Positions 39,669-53,759 of a stretch of DNA of 64,000 nucleotides are shown in pieces. This stretch comes from Hemiscyllium ocellatum (taxonomy: Eukaryota): contig NC_083428.1 of NCBI RefSeq assembly GCF_020745735.1, forward strand, positions 24,428,001 through 24,492,000, read 5' to 3'. The translations under genes and the position numbers were made by a program. How positions within the stretch are numbered: the first letter of the stretch is position 1; every line of letters starts with the position of its first letter. The notes under the pieces were generated by a model. The model did no database searches. It was given only the letters and a program-made list of their open reading frames with translations, and was not told the DNA's origin.

Positions 39669-42580
39669 TGAAATGAAGAAGCAGCTCAGGAATCTGTGAG
39701 ACGTTTTTCAAAATGTCATTTTAAATTTATCATGAGTAGAGCAGAGATGAAAAGCAGAGATCTGGAGAACTGTAAATGTCAGCCTAATGCCAATAGTGGG
39801 AAAACTTCCAGAGATCATAACTGGGGACAAAATTAATTTTCATTTGGAAAACATGACAGTCAGTATAAATATGTTAAAGATAAATTGTGTCTAACAAATT
39901 TGATTGAGGTCTTTAATGAAATAACATAGCAAGTTGATGAAGGTAGTAGCGAAACATTTCAGTTAATTTGAGAGGGGTGTAACAATAGGATTAAACATTA
40001 GGGAGGAAAGCAAGGTGCACAGATAGACACCAAAAAAAAAGTTCAAAAGTAGGAGGGATCAGAAGGGTTACACCCAAAACGTTGACTTCGCCACCTTTTG
40101 ATGTTACCTGTGTTCTTCCAGCCTCCTGATTGTGTACCTTGGATTCCAGCATCTGCAGTTTTTTTGTTTCTAACCTGGAATCAGACAAGTGGCCAATGTG
40201 GGGCAACCTAAGATTAGTTTGGAGAAGGTTGGCATAAATGCATGTAATGTGATAAATAAATCTGGTGTGTTCCAGGCAAAACTCACCATGTGAGGCTGTA
40301 ATATAGTGGCAACAACAAAGATCAGGCTCAAAGAAGGAAGAATTGTGAATCTAATATTACAGGTTATAAGACATTTGTAAAAGAAACAAGGAGGGGAAAA
40401 AAGAAAGTGGCATTTTGATGCATAGATGGTGCAGGTGTGGGGGGAGGGGGTTGAGGACAACATCTAGTTGGTCCATATTAAGGAGCAATTGAAAGATTTA
40501 TGTTTAGTATGGCTGCTATACACCACCACATAGAAGAAGGCAGAGGTACAAATATATAGCCAAGGTACAGGAAAATGGAAGCACTACAGAATAATGTTTG
40601 TTGGGAATATCAATGATCCTAATATAGACTTGGAGGTGGTGGTGTAGTGATAACATCAGTGGACAAGTAATCCAGAATTCCAGTCTAGTGTTCTGGGATC
40701 ATGGGTTTGAATCCCAATCCCAATAAATCTAGCCTAATGACAACCATATAACCACTGTCAATTATCCTACAAACCCACTTTGTTCACTAATGTCCATTAG
40801 GGAAGGAAATCTGGCTGAAATGTAACTCCAGCACCACAACAGCTTGCTTGACTCCTGACTGCCTTTTGGAAAATTAAGGATAGGTAACAAATGCTGGCCT
40901 GAATGACTAAAAGACAGTAGCAATGTAAAAGGTAAAGCTGTAGAGAATTTCCTGAAATCCTGTTTCTTGATCATTCCAATCCAATGATAGAGAAAGCAGT
41001 GCTGCATCTAGTTCTGGGAGAGTCAAGGGCCACAAGGTATAATCCTAGAATAAAAGCTCCCACATTTAAGAAAGAGATGAAGTGGATTTTTTTTCTCTCA
41101 GAAGATAATGAATATGTGGATTTCTTTACTGTACAGGATATCAAGCTTGGGGTTGTTAAGTGTATTCAAGGCTAAGGTAGATATATTTTTAATCAGTGAT
41201 GGAATCGAGGCTAATGGGGAAAAGGCATGAAAGAGGTGCAAAGTGTTATTAGATCAGCCATGATCTTATTGAATGATGGGACAGACTGGATGGGCTGAAT
41301 GGCCCTATTTTCAATGGTCCAATCAAGGACAATCTATTGATTCAATAAATTTACTATAATACAGTGATGGGGAAACCACTGTCATATTTAGACAACAACA
41401 GGATCAAATCAAGCAGTATTGGGATTGGCCTCTCCAGATTCTCATCTAATTCTGTCACAAATCTTGCCATAGCACATGTTGCCCAGACCTCTATTAGATG
41501 CCACCTTACATCATGAAGTAGAAAAAAGTCAGTTCCCAGTATATGGCTTATATTCTGCTAGACTGATGAATTGTTCAGGCTTTTGGTTCTTTGCTGATGT
41601 GACATTCCTCTGGAGATATTACCTGTAGAAATTCAGAGGCTAGAATTGCCTACATAGATGAAAACACAAGGCTCAACAAACTCAAAGCTTCGCTGTTGGA
41701 TTTGGAGTGGACAGAAATAGAAAGAGACACTTTTCCATATTCCTTTTGTTTCATTCTGGTTAACAAGCAATTTGCCCCGTTTTTACATAATTGCACTAAA
41801 GGTAGTTGCTCGCAGGTGACTGGCACTTAAAGTGCAAAGTCTTGGTCCCAAATAAGGCACCAGGGTAATTTGTGAAGTGGTTAGATTCACACACATCTGA
41901 ACTGAAATATTTGTAACAAGATAGGTGTCAGTAGAATTTAATTTATACAATGTCTAATAAACATTGAGTCAATATCAGAGAAGAATTCTCATTGTTTTTG
42001 AAGTTAATCCTTGATATTCATGAGTGTGAAAATCCACAGAGCCTTCAAAGTACAGGATATCTATTTGTAGTTCACCTTGGGACTTCCAGAAATTGCAAAA
42101 TGCTCTGTTAGGCATGTTTGAAACCACAATGTCAACTTATAAAAGTTTAACAAATGAAACAAGTTGATGAACATTATTATTTGATATAGCACATCCTCAT
42201 AACAATTGTTTATTGATAATACTATTGAGATGTACAGGCGATCGGCATTGTTAGATTAAGGACAACAATCACAGTGGCACTGTCCCTATCTTTAGGCCAG
42301 AAAATCAGTGAGTTTAATTCCCATCCATCCTGGAGGTATGCCATATTACATCTGAAAAGGTTGATTTAAAATATATTTGAAGAGAATCATCTCGGACACC
42401 TGGGTAATACTTAGGAGGTAATAGTCGGGCTGCATCCTGTAAATAAAGTTATTAAGAAAAATAATTGTGCATTTCACCATCTGACTTGAATCCATGTAAC
42501 AACAACTGTTCATCCTCTACCATAAAAATAAGTAACACCAAAGTATGTGGTAAATTTTAAATCTACCTTTGTGTCAACAG

Positions 42581-42771
42581 ATTGGATCCTTGGACCAAAT
42601 CCTGATCAAGACGACTGGCATTATGAAATTACAGATGAAGAAATAGTTGACCGGATTGAAGAAACAGAACTGGCTATAAAGGAAGACATGATGGATGATA
42701 TCAATGTGATGGTTGATGTGCCTAAAATTTGTGTGATATCAAGTCAAAGAAATTCCTTTGCCATCACATAA
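42581..42771 (+). CDS. SMIM44: SMIM44 exon 2 (terminal); total 130 aa
   Basis: CAACAG|(D)WILGPNPDQDDW..., phase 1 and in frame, resembling DWAFGPKPDQ; AATAAA at 42997-43002. Confidence 0.85.
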
Positions 42772-43141
42772 ACACACAACGCAACTGAATACTTGGCAGG
42801 ATATGCAGATAAGCAGAAAGATGTGTGACTTGCAACTTTAAGAAAAAAATGGAAACCATGGCTAAGAATGGCAAAAATCTGTGAAAGGATTACTCCATTA
42901 TTCATTCAATGTTGCTGTGGTTAAGTAGCATTTAAGTAGCCAGTGTGCCATTTTGGACAATTTTATTAAATCAAATGCTTTTTTGTTGGCTTATAAAATA
43001 AATGACCTTTTCTTAAAGTTCTTCTTTTCCTGATGACCTGCTCTATTTGAAATGGAATGATTTAGAATATGGCCAATGATTATGACTTGACAAAATGGCA
43101 AGTTTTTTCTTTCCCTCCTGTTGAAGATTTTCAACAAACCC

Positions 43142-43578
43142 AGGTGGCACAGTGGTTAGCACAGCTGCCTCAGTGCCAGGGATCCAGGTTTGATTCCGGC
43201 CTCGGGTGACTGTTTGTGTGGAGTTTGAATATTCTCCCTTTGCGTGGGTTTCCTCCCACAGTCCAAATAAAAGTAGGTTAGGTGTGTTGGCCATGCTAAA
43301 TTGCCCACAGTGTCCAGCAATGTGCAGGCTGGGTGGATTAGTCAGGCATAAATGTAGAGTAATAAGGTAGGGGAATGGGTCTGGCTATGTTACTCTTTGG
43401 AGGGTCAGTGTGGACTTATTGGGCCAAATGACCTGTTTCCACATTGTAATTCCTGTAGGGATTCTATGAAATGCAGCGTTACAGGGATAGAGTAGGTCTG
43501 GGTGGAATGCTCTTCAGAGGGTTGGTATGGAACTCAGCAGGCCGATTGGCCCTCTTCCACATTGTAATGATTCTATGA
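43142..43578 (+). mobile_element. HE1-related SINE with duplicated tail
   Basis: SINE head followed by two successive CR1-like tails. Confidence 0.78.
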
Positions 43579-44429
43579 AACCCAGGGAGAAACAGATGCT
43601 ACCTTTTCCAATACTTGTCTTTTTGTGCCTTCAAAGCACTAACTTGTTGATCCCCATTAAGAGTCGAGTTTCAAATCTCCTGTCTAACAATGATTCCAGC
43701 TCAAGATGGTAAAATGTCTGGTTCAGATGCAAACAGAGGTTTAAACAAGGGGCATGATCTAGTTGGAGGCTTGTTCAAAGTTTTGTGATTTACTCCATCA
43801 GCAATGATTGTTACTTTTCTCAGGTGAAAACCTATCCAATCACTTTGCAGGAGCCAGTGACAGTCATTTTTGCCATCCAATTAATAATTCAGTGCTTTTT
43901 TTCAATGGTGACTCTAAGGATGCTTCAGAACATGAGGACATCACTACCAGAACACCCACTGATAGAAGCCTTGAGCTTTAATATCGAACAAATCCTCTTT
44001 TCTGATTTTTCAGTATGATAAGATTGGACTGTGTCAAATATTGCAAATGGCTATAAAATAATTCTGGAGAAATTAATTCTGCTATCATGCAGATCAATGA
44101 CCTTTAAACCAGTTTCCTCTGCATTTATATACAAATAATTACACATACATGTATATGTGCATGCAGCTCTTACATGTTTAGATGCAGTGCAGTCAGTACT
44201 TGTACCATCAGAATTGCCAATTTAGGTGCATTCATAAAACTCTGAGACATAGATGGAGATTGTTTAATCTATTGTGTCTTTGCTATCTTTTAGAACATGC
44301 CATCCAATTAAAACCAAGAACTGCAGATGCTGGAAATCTGAAACAAAAGCAGAAAATGCTGCAGAAGCTCAGGAGGTCTAGCAGCGTCAGTGGAGTAAGA
44401 AACAGAGTTAAAGTTTCTGGTCTAATATG

Positions 44430-46620
44430 ATTCATAGAGTCGTAGAGACATACTGAATGGAAACAGATCCTTTGGTCCAAACAGTCCACGCCAACCATGT
44501 TCCCAAACTAAACTAGTCCCACCTGCCTGTGCTTGGCCTATATCCCTCCAAATCTTTTCTATTCATGTCTTTCGAACGTTGTAACTGTACATGCATCCAC
44601 CACATCCTCTTGCAATTCATTCCACACACAAACTACTCTGTGTAAAATTATTGCTCCCCATATCCTTTTTATATTTTTCTCCTCTCACTTTAAAAATATG
44701 CCATTAGTTTTCAACTCCCCCACCCTAGGAAAAGATCCTTGTCATTCACCTTATCTATGCCCCTCCTGATTTCATAAACCTCAATAAGGTCACCCCTCAA
44801 TCTCCTATACTACAGTGAAAAATAGCCTTTCCAGTCTATTTTTATATCTCAAACCCTCCAGCAACACTGTGGTAATTTTTTCTGAACCCTCTCCAGTTCA
44901 ATAATATCGTTCCTATAACAGGGCAAACAGAGCTACACACAGTACTCCGGAAGAGGCCTCACCAATGTCGTGTACAACCTCAACATGACATCCCAACTCC
45001 TCTACTCAAAGGTCTGAGCAAGCATGCCAAATCCCTTCTTAACCACCCTATCTACCTGTGACATGGATTTCAAAGAATCTCTTACCTGACTCCCTAGGTC
45101 TCTCTGTTCTAAAATACTACCATTGATAAGTCCTGTCCTTGTTTGTAATACCAAAATGCAATACCTCACAATTATCCAAATTAAACTCCATCTGCCACTC
45201 TTCAGCCCATTGATCCAATTGATCAAGATCTCCTTCTTCACTGTCCACTATAACCAGTTTTGTTGTCATCTTCAAACTTATGAACCATGCCCCTATATTC
45301 TCATCCAAATCATTTCTACAAATGACAAACAAAAGTGGATTCAGTACCGATCGTTGTGGAACACTACTGGTCACAGGCCTTCAATCTGAAAAATGAACCT
45401 TCACTACCACCCTTTGTTGCCTACTGTCAAGCCAATCTTCTATCCAACTGGCAAGCTCACCCTGAATACCAGGTGATCTAACATGCGGGACCTTGTTAAA
45501 GGCTTTACTGAAGTCCAAAACAACAGTTTCCTCTGCTTTGCCTGCATTAATCTTTTTAGTTACTTCACTAAAAAAACCCAATCAAATTTGTGAACCATGA
45601 TTTTCCTCACACAAAACCATGCTGATTATCCTTAATCAGTTTTTGCCTCTCCAAATGCATCTTTCAGAATTACCTCTAATAACTTACCTACTATCGATGT
45701 CAGATTCTCAAATCTACAGTTTCCAGAGTTCTCCTTACAGCCTTTCTTAAACAATGGCACAACATTAGCTACCCTCCAGTCCTCCAGTACTGCATCCATA
45801 TTTATAGGTGATACAAATATTTCTGCTAGGGGCCCAGCAATTTCCTCCCTAACTTCCCACAACATCCTGCGATACACTTGATCAGGTCCTGGAGATTTAT
45901 CTACACTTACACTTTCTAAGACCTCCAGCATTTACTTTTCTATAATGTGAACTGTTTTCAAATATCAATATTTATTTCCCTGTATTCCCTTGCCTCCAAT
46001 TTCTTTCTCAGCAGTAAAATCTGATGCAAAATATTTATTTAATATCTCTCACATCTCCTGACTTCATTGATTTTTACGGGGTCCTATTCTCTCTCTGGTT
46101 GTTCTCTTGTTCTTAATGTATTTGTAGAATCTTTTTGGATTATCTTTAACCTTACCTGCCAAGGTCATCTCATATTCTCCACTTTGCCTTCCTGATTTCC
46201 TTCTTAAGAATGCCCCTAAGCTCTTTATACTCTTCAGGAGATTCAGTTGATCTCAGTAGTCTATATCTAATATATGATTCTTTTTCTTTTTGACTAGAGC
46301 CTCAATATCTTTATTCATCCATTGTTCCCTAATCTTACCAGCCTTGCCTTTCACTCCAACAGGAACATAATGCCGCTGAACTTTTGTTATCACACTTTTC
46401 AAGGTCTTCCACTTGTCAGTCTCCCCTTTACTTGCAAATAGTTTATTCCAATCAACTTTTAAAAGTTCTTGTTTTATACTCTTAAAAGTTGCCTCACTCC
46501 AATTAAGAACTTTAAGTTTTATGGAAGACTTTTCCTTTTCCATAACTTTTAAAAACTAATAACATTATGATCACTAGTCCCAAAGTGTTCCTCTACTCAC
46601 ACTTATTTCCCAGACACCAA
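44430..46620 (-). mobile_element. Degenerate CR1 LINE (~2.2 kb)
   Basis: DKSPGPDQVYRRMLWEVREEIAGPL, DWRVANVVPLFKKG, LDFSKAFNKVPH, QWAEEWQMEFN. Confidence 0.92.
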
Positions 46621-49025
46621 TTTCCCAATTTCCATATTAATCAGAAGTCTCCAACATCTGAAGATATACCCCACGGGCAGGGACCATCTGTATACCCCCA
46701 TCCTTTGAGGTTGGCATCTGTCACATATTTGCCTCAGCACAACATCTCCAATTCATTATGGTAATACACTTTTGAATGCACAGCACAACAGACTGAAAGT
46801 GTCTCGGGACATGATCACAGAACTATGCCAACTGCTGGAGTGGAACCTGAAGGTGTAGGTGGCTGCCATTCCCCATCATCATCAAGCAGACAGCTACATT
46901 ACATCTTATGTAACTGGCTGCTTCAAAGAATTCACATGAACTATCATTCAATCTGATCCCTGTTTGAATGTTAGGTTTCCAAACCTTGGAAAATTCAAAT
47001 AGACAGCACTAGGTTCAAATCATCATGGAAACTAACGAATTTTGCCTAATTTAGATAATTTAAACATCAAAAGCACTCTTTTCCTTTTGAGAGGTTGTTA
47101 CTAACAAGCCTCCAAACCTATGGTCCAAAAGGAGGTAACTGCTTTACTGTTTTAGAGTTTGTTACTTTAGCAACAATCTTCTCCCTGCAGCTGACATTCC
47201 ACAACCCATCATGACAGGAAGTATGCATGTGTGTGTGTTTGAGGGAGTGGGTGTAAGGGAGTGGAAATACAAATTTCCCTACAACTTTATGATAATAAGT
47301 AGGCTCTCCTGAAGACAGAACTATAGACTTATATTTCTCTGTTCCTACAAATTGATTTGTTTACATTAAGCATTGTTCTGCCATAGCCCCACTCGGTTAA
47401 AATTGAGTCTTAAGTGACTGCATTCCTGTAATGAAGTCATATCTTATCTGGACTCTTTTCAAGGTAAAATTACTGTGATCATAGGTCACTTGTGGCATCA
47501 TGCATCTTCAGAGTTGCAGATCTATTGTGATGGTACTCTGCCAGTATGGTCAAAGAAATCGCGACAAAAACACGCCTGAGGTTTTGGAACATGTCAAATT
47601 CAATTAAGATAACAGAAGAATTTAATTCCAGTTTGACAAGTTAACCACGTATTTCCACATAATAATAAAGAAAAATCTTTCTCCTCTCCTGCACTTTCAA
47701 AGCAAGTAAATCCTCGCTCAACAAAAGTTGGATGTAACCATCAATGCAACTCTCAATATTAACAAATCCAAACCATTAATATTAGAAGCAGAGGTACAAG
47801 ATACAATTGAAATTCTGAATCTATTCCTGATAAAACTGCATAGGTTATTCATTTGATGGTTATTTATATTGATTATGCAATGAAAAGTCTAAAGATTAAT
47901 TATTCTAATCATTTTATTATTACTAATGACATTATAACTACCTGAGTCAAGTTTGCAAATCAGAATTGACTTTCTACTGCAAAAAGACTATCAAAACCTC
48001 AGAATGTCACTTCATAAAACAATTATTAGCAGTTCAAACTTCAAAGAAATAAACATCTCTCATCATGTACATTTAAATCCAAGTACATTGTTTTCACTGT
48101 TCATTCATCAGGATTCAATAGTATTACTTTGCAAAATGTTTTATGAATGGCTGTTTACTTTTGCGTGATCATTTATGCTGGGAAAGGAAGATTCCCACCC
48201 AAAAACCATAATATATGATACTTGTTGTTGACTCTTATGTATGAACTTCCAACATTATGATATGTTACATCAAAGGCAAAAGTTACATGTGGTACATACT
48301 AATGAATTTAAGGAGTCAATAGAAGGGGAGGCAGTGGTGTGGTGGCATTATCACTAGACTATTAACCTTGAAACTCAGCTCATGTTCTGTGGACCCAGGT
48401 TCCAACCCTGTCATGGCAGATGCTGGAATTTGAATTCAATAAAGAATCTGGAGTTAATGGTCTAGGGTTTTTATGTGGGTGTTTCACACTGGCCATCTAA
48501 AATAAATCTGAACATGAGTCCTCAGAGTAATCATGGAGGGGTCTCCACAAAGCAATTTTTTATAATCCTGGTGAGTTCATTCTATGTTTGCTTCTAATGG
48601 GACTCTATATGAAAGCAAAACCAAGCCTGCCTGAAGAGAGTGGCTTACCAGTTTCAATGTGAAGACAGGCCAGTGCATACATGCCTCTCTGCAGAAAGAT
48701 GATGCAGGACCAAGGTAAATGTAAAATGCATCTCAAGGTGATCTGACAAATCCTTAGGGCATTATACAATGATATTGATCTCACTTTATACCTTCATATC
48801 CGAAACATAAAGTTTCAGTCTCTACCGTTAAAATTTCAAGTATTTTTTCAGAAGTCAATATCTTTTCAAATAACTGAGTAGTTGTAAACATTCATGCAAT
48901 CTATTGGTGTAATAGCATATGACTAACTGAGGTATTGCCTACGTAACTCAGTACTTTGATCCTCCAGCTGCCATTAACTTAGAGTATTGCAGTCAATTGT
49001 ATTCATTTTCAAGCAGCTGAAGAAA

Positions 49026-49089
49026 ATGACTTTTCATTGCCGAGTCCTCATTGCTTTACTTTTAACTAATGTAGTAAATGCACAGGCTG
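49026..49089 (+). CDS. SMIM24: SMIM24 (MAP17/PDZK1IP1 family) exon 1, signal peptide
   Basis: MTFHCRVLIALLLTNVVNAQA G|GTAAGT; phase 1 and in frame with the TM exon at 57418. Confidence 0.75.
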
Positions 49090-49559
49090 GTAAGTGTTGT
49101 CTTATCATTTGTTTGTACACTCCACTTGAAAAAGAGGAAAAGATACAATATGAGATCTCAAAAATCATGTTAGCTGCAATCCAACGTCTTTTAAAGTGAT
49201 ATCAACTGTTGGCTTGGTCTAATCTGCTGCAGGCTGCTTTTCTCTAGTTTACTAAAATGAACGATGGATTGGGGGAATGAATCTTGCTGAAACATTTCAG
49301 ATGTCAGAATAATAAAAGGTTATTGTGTTGAATGTTTGTACACTGGAGACTAACAAAGTTTACCCATTTCCACTCCATTTGCAGTGATACTGCTTGAAAC
49401 TTTGTACCATCAGTAATTGAGATAGCTTGCAGTACTTGTGTGTTTATGTGTTATTAATGTCACAGTTTGTGTTTAGTCGGTTGATTGCTGCAAGGAAATA
49501 GGATCTTATCCTGACTGTGTTTGGTTATTATAGGTAGAACTTTTTTCATTTGCATTTAG

Positions 49560-50690
49560 AGTGTTTTGTCAAGTGAGATTCATGGCACTGGGTCCACTGC
49601 GCAACTTCTCTCATGCAAGCCTCCCCTCTTCACCTCATTAATTACATAACTGAGCTCTTGGGCGCCTTCTTTGGGGAAACGGCAGGAGAGGTGGAATCAT
49701 TCACAACCATTGGGATCTTTTGTCTTTCTTGCCTCCGCTGCCATATTTAAAAATGAGTGCATACCACTTCGGATATTGTGTGGTGAGAACTGATCCTCAC
49801 ACCGATGGCTGTTACCCAACAAATACAAGAGGAAAGGAAAGGTTGCTCGCTGCTTTATAAACAGGGACCTGGAAGTGTTAGTGAATAGGGTAATGGAGAT
49901 AGGGCAGTCCTTTTTCTGCAGGAGACCCTGCCAGCAGACCAGGCCAGCCTGGATACAGATTGTAGCCCAGGTTAATGTTGTACCATGGGTGAAAATGAAT
50001 TTCCAGCAGTGTTAAAGAAAGAGTAAAGATTGGCTCTGCTTCATAAAAATAAGTGTTAACATCGTTTCTCTGCTGCCTCACACTCGCAGAGCCACCACTC
50101 ACTCTAAATCGACTCTTGTACACACATCTCACAAATACTCATGGATGACAACTTTGCATTGCATATACGATATCTGTTCAATGGCTTTCATCCAACACAT
50201 CTTTTCAAACAATTCATGCTTCCTGCCCTCTGCACTTTCTCCTCACTCATGGGGACACTTCATCACATCTCCTGATTGGCTGTCACCACTAATCCATTTT
50301 ACATTCACTTCCATTAAACTCAATCATTTGTTTTGTCTCTTTGCAGGAAATATTGCCCCCACCCAGACTGACAGCACCTTGATTGACCCACCTATAATCC
50401 CTAGACTACAGAACTGGCTGTGGCCCAATCCCTGAATTGCAAGGGCATGGATCCTTAGGCTGTCGTAGGTACCTGAATGATAGTGACCAATCCCTTGTAG
50501 TGCAATTGGATGAGTCTCTTGACTGAACATGGAGATGGCCCATTACTAACTGTAGTAACCATTGGCTCTATTGAACAACTCTCCTCTTCGACATTCACAA
50601 ATGGCATTTGCTTGAAGCACAAGCAAAGTTTTTGCCGCATGAATGGCTGGCACATGCTGCAGGGTCAAATGTTGTGATAGGTGAATGTGT
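49560..50690 (+). mobile_element. Decayed Harbinger transposon fragment carrying a Myb/SANT-like ORF remnant
   Basis: 49833-50042 translates KGKVARCFINRDLEVLVNRV...RPAWIQIVAQVNVVPWVKMNFQQC*RKSKDWL, the F-x3-LEVLV / AW-x2-I-x3-VN / QC-x-(R/K)K trihelix pattern. Confidence 0.65.
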
Positions 50691-50699
50691 AGCATACAT

Positions 50700-51330
50700 A
50701 GAGTCATTGAGTCATAGAGATGTACAGCATGGAAACAGACCCTTCGGTCCAACGCCGACCAGATATCCCAACTCAATCTAGTCCCACCTGCCAGCACCCA
50801 GCGCATATCCCTCCAAACCCTTCCTATCCATATACCCATCTAAATGCCTCTTAAATGTTGCAATTGTACCAGCCTCCACCACTTCCTCTGGCAGCTCATT
50901 CCATACACTTACCACCCTCTGCATGAAAAGGTTGCCCATAAGGTCTCTTTTATATCTTTTCCCCTCTCATCCTAAACCTATACCCTCTGGTTCTGGACTC
51001 CCCCACCCCAGGGAAAAGACTTTGTCTATTTATCCTATCCATGCCCCTTATAATTTTGTAAACCTCTATGAGGTCACCCCTCAGCCTTCGCGCTACAGGG
51101 AAAACAGCCCCAGCCTGTTCAGCCTCTCCCTGTATCGTCCAACCTTGGCAACATCCTTGTAAATCTTTTCTGAACCCTTTCAAGTTTCACAACATCTTTC
51201 CAATGGGAAGGAGACCAGAATTGCATGCAATATTCCAACATGGCCTAACCAATGTCCTGTACAGCCATAACATGACCTCCCAACTCCTGTACTCAATACT
51301 ATGACCAATAAAGGAAAGCATACCAAATGA
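50700..51330 (-). mobile_element. CR1 LINE 3' end
   Basis: RRLRGDLIEVYKIIRGMDRINRQSLFP; (AGAGTCAT)n tail. Confidence 0.9.
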
Positions 51331-53759
51331 GAGACATGGTGGTTGCAAGCTGCTCTGATTTACGTCAGAAATTTATACCATCTGGTTTCTCAGTGAACGA
51401 GAAGAGAATTGGAAGTGGCATATGAATAAGTCTTTTAACAAAATGCAAATGCATGGAAATAAGTTATTTACTGCTGGTTGGCCAGATTCTGACATTGTCA
51501 TTTATGGGTTGAGGGCAAGATCTGGAAAATATTATCAATGCCAAGAATCCAATCTGTTCATTCGCATCATATTTTCCCACATTTCTCATCATTACTTATG
51601 CTACACCAGGGTGGGGAAAATTCCATCCTTTGGGTATGCATATTTCATTATCTCTGTGTAGGTACAAAAATAATGGCTTATTGGAAAGGTATCCCCAGAA
51701 GAGAAGTTGTGATCCTGTGCTGAGTGGATCACATTATAGGGTTAAGGGGACAGTTGATATGAGCGATCTGTTGTAAAGGTAATGCTTCTGAATAAGTTAT
51801 TGTTCATGTTACACTCTGCTCTGATCTATTCAAATCATACAGTCTTTGTAGTAGCCATTTGAAGTATGCACATGTACCCAAAGGGAACAGATGTATCCTT
51901 TGCAGCTCCTGAAATTCCTTTGTAATTATTCCTAGCAGGTTAATACAAACCATGCCTACCACTATCATACAGTAAAGTACCTTGTTATATATGCCTTATC
52001 ACTTACAATTAGACACGTCCTAGATTCAGCAAAAGAAAGGAGGAACTACCCAAACCAGAATACCACTTGGTGGCAGCACTGTAATCTGAAAAATTGATAG
52101 TGTTTGATTATACAAACACCTTCCTCTTCCCTCACAAAGAGTGGTCTTTAAAGCTATTGTCACTTTGCAGTAGCTGTCAGTTTTCCCAAGGCTGGTTGGG
52201 CACAACTATCTCTTGTTTTAGCCTTATTGTTTACTTTAGATTTAATCCCTCTCACTCAACTGTGGGACAATGGGCAGCAAATCTCTGCCACTGGGTTTGC
52301 TCCGTCACAATCTCTTCTGCTCCAGCCCTGTTCCTGTTCTTGAAGGACCTATTAAATGTACTTAGCAGGTCTTCTTTTCCTACATGGTGATACGCATTCA
52401 ACTGTCATTCTGGTAGGGTGCTCATTTGGAAGTGAAGGCTGCGTCAATCACCTGATGAAGGAACTCTGAAAGCTAGTGCTTCCAAATAAACTAGTTGGAC
52501 TATAACCTGGTGTTGTGTGATTTTTAACTTTGTACACCACAGTCCAACACTGGCGTCTCCAAAGCAATAAATGTTGGCTCTGGCAAGGTCAATTACATCC
52601 CATGAATAAAAAAATAGAGCAATTTGTAAAACTAATATTTATTATTTGGAATGTAACCCATCTGAACATAAAATTAACATGAAATTTGTTTCTTATTCCA
52701 GAGGTTGACCAATGTCAACCATAATTGCATTTTATAACTATGCGTTGTAAATAGCAACAATTTTCTAATATCACAATCTTTCTCTTTCCATTTATGCTGA
52801 TTAGCTATCCCAAATGGAAGAAACTGGTAATGAACCAAAATAGAAAAATGCCATCTTTAAAAAAAACTTCTGAATGTTTTTTGAGAGCATACATAATTAT
52901 GCTAATGATCCAGCTATGATTTACCAACTACTATTGCTGGTAACTTAATGAAGCAAGAATAGATGAATTTTCTCGATAAAAATGGGCAAATTAGCTTACA
53001 TCGATCAATGCTGTTACGAAGTGCTGCCTTCGTAAAATCTGGAACCTAGAGGCCTCACATTTAGTCTTGTAAATAATTTATGAGTGATGTTTTAGTCAAG
53101 GTAAAGTTGAATCATTCTATGTAATTAGTTTTATTTGTATCACTGTATTTATTTTGTATTAATATTAACAACTATATCTGTTCTGAGGCAAGTGGTATTA
53201 TGAAAGAATAGTGCTGGTAAAGGGGGTGTTAGTACAGATTTCTCATTCTCAACAGTCTCTCAGCTCTCAGGCAATTCTAAAATGGAGTATAGAATTCCCG
53301 GTTACTTTCTCCATTATAACATTGTGGCAAATTCAGAGTTAACTTGTCATACTTTTACCCCCTTAATAAAACAGTTTGTAATTATTTGGAATTTGGCACT
53401 GCTAGGTTTGTCCTGATGTGCGCAAAGTGAAAAGCTTCAGCAACTTGTCTTCCTTTTCAGCAATTCTCTAGTTTAACACTACCTAGCTAAACCTAGCCAA
53501 TAACTTTGTTGTTTCCTCCATTATATACAAATCAATGGGCAAAGTCTGCATAAATAATAACCACCAGAAATACTTAACCTGCATACTGTATTTTTGGCCA
53601 ATGACATGAACAAAGACAACACTTTTATCACTCGTACTTCTGTTCAGCAAATGGTAGAAATGCAGTTAAACTCCTATTTTTCTTCATAAGCAATAGCAAC
53701 AAGAAGATTGAAATATTCAAATTAGTCAATGATCCATCTTGGCATCCTATTAAGATGTC

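Noticed and set aside
48945-48980. HNF4-like and HNF1 half-site motifs upstream of SMIM24
   Set aside because: Only partial matches; too weak without conservation data
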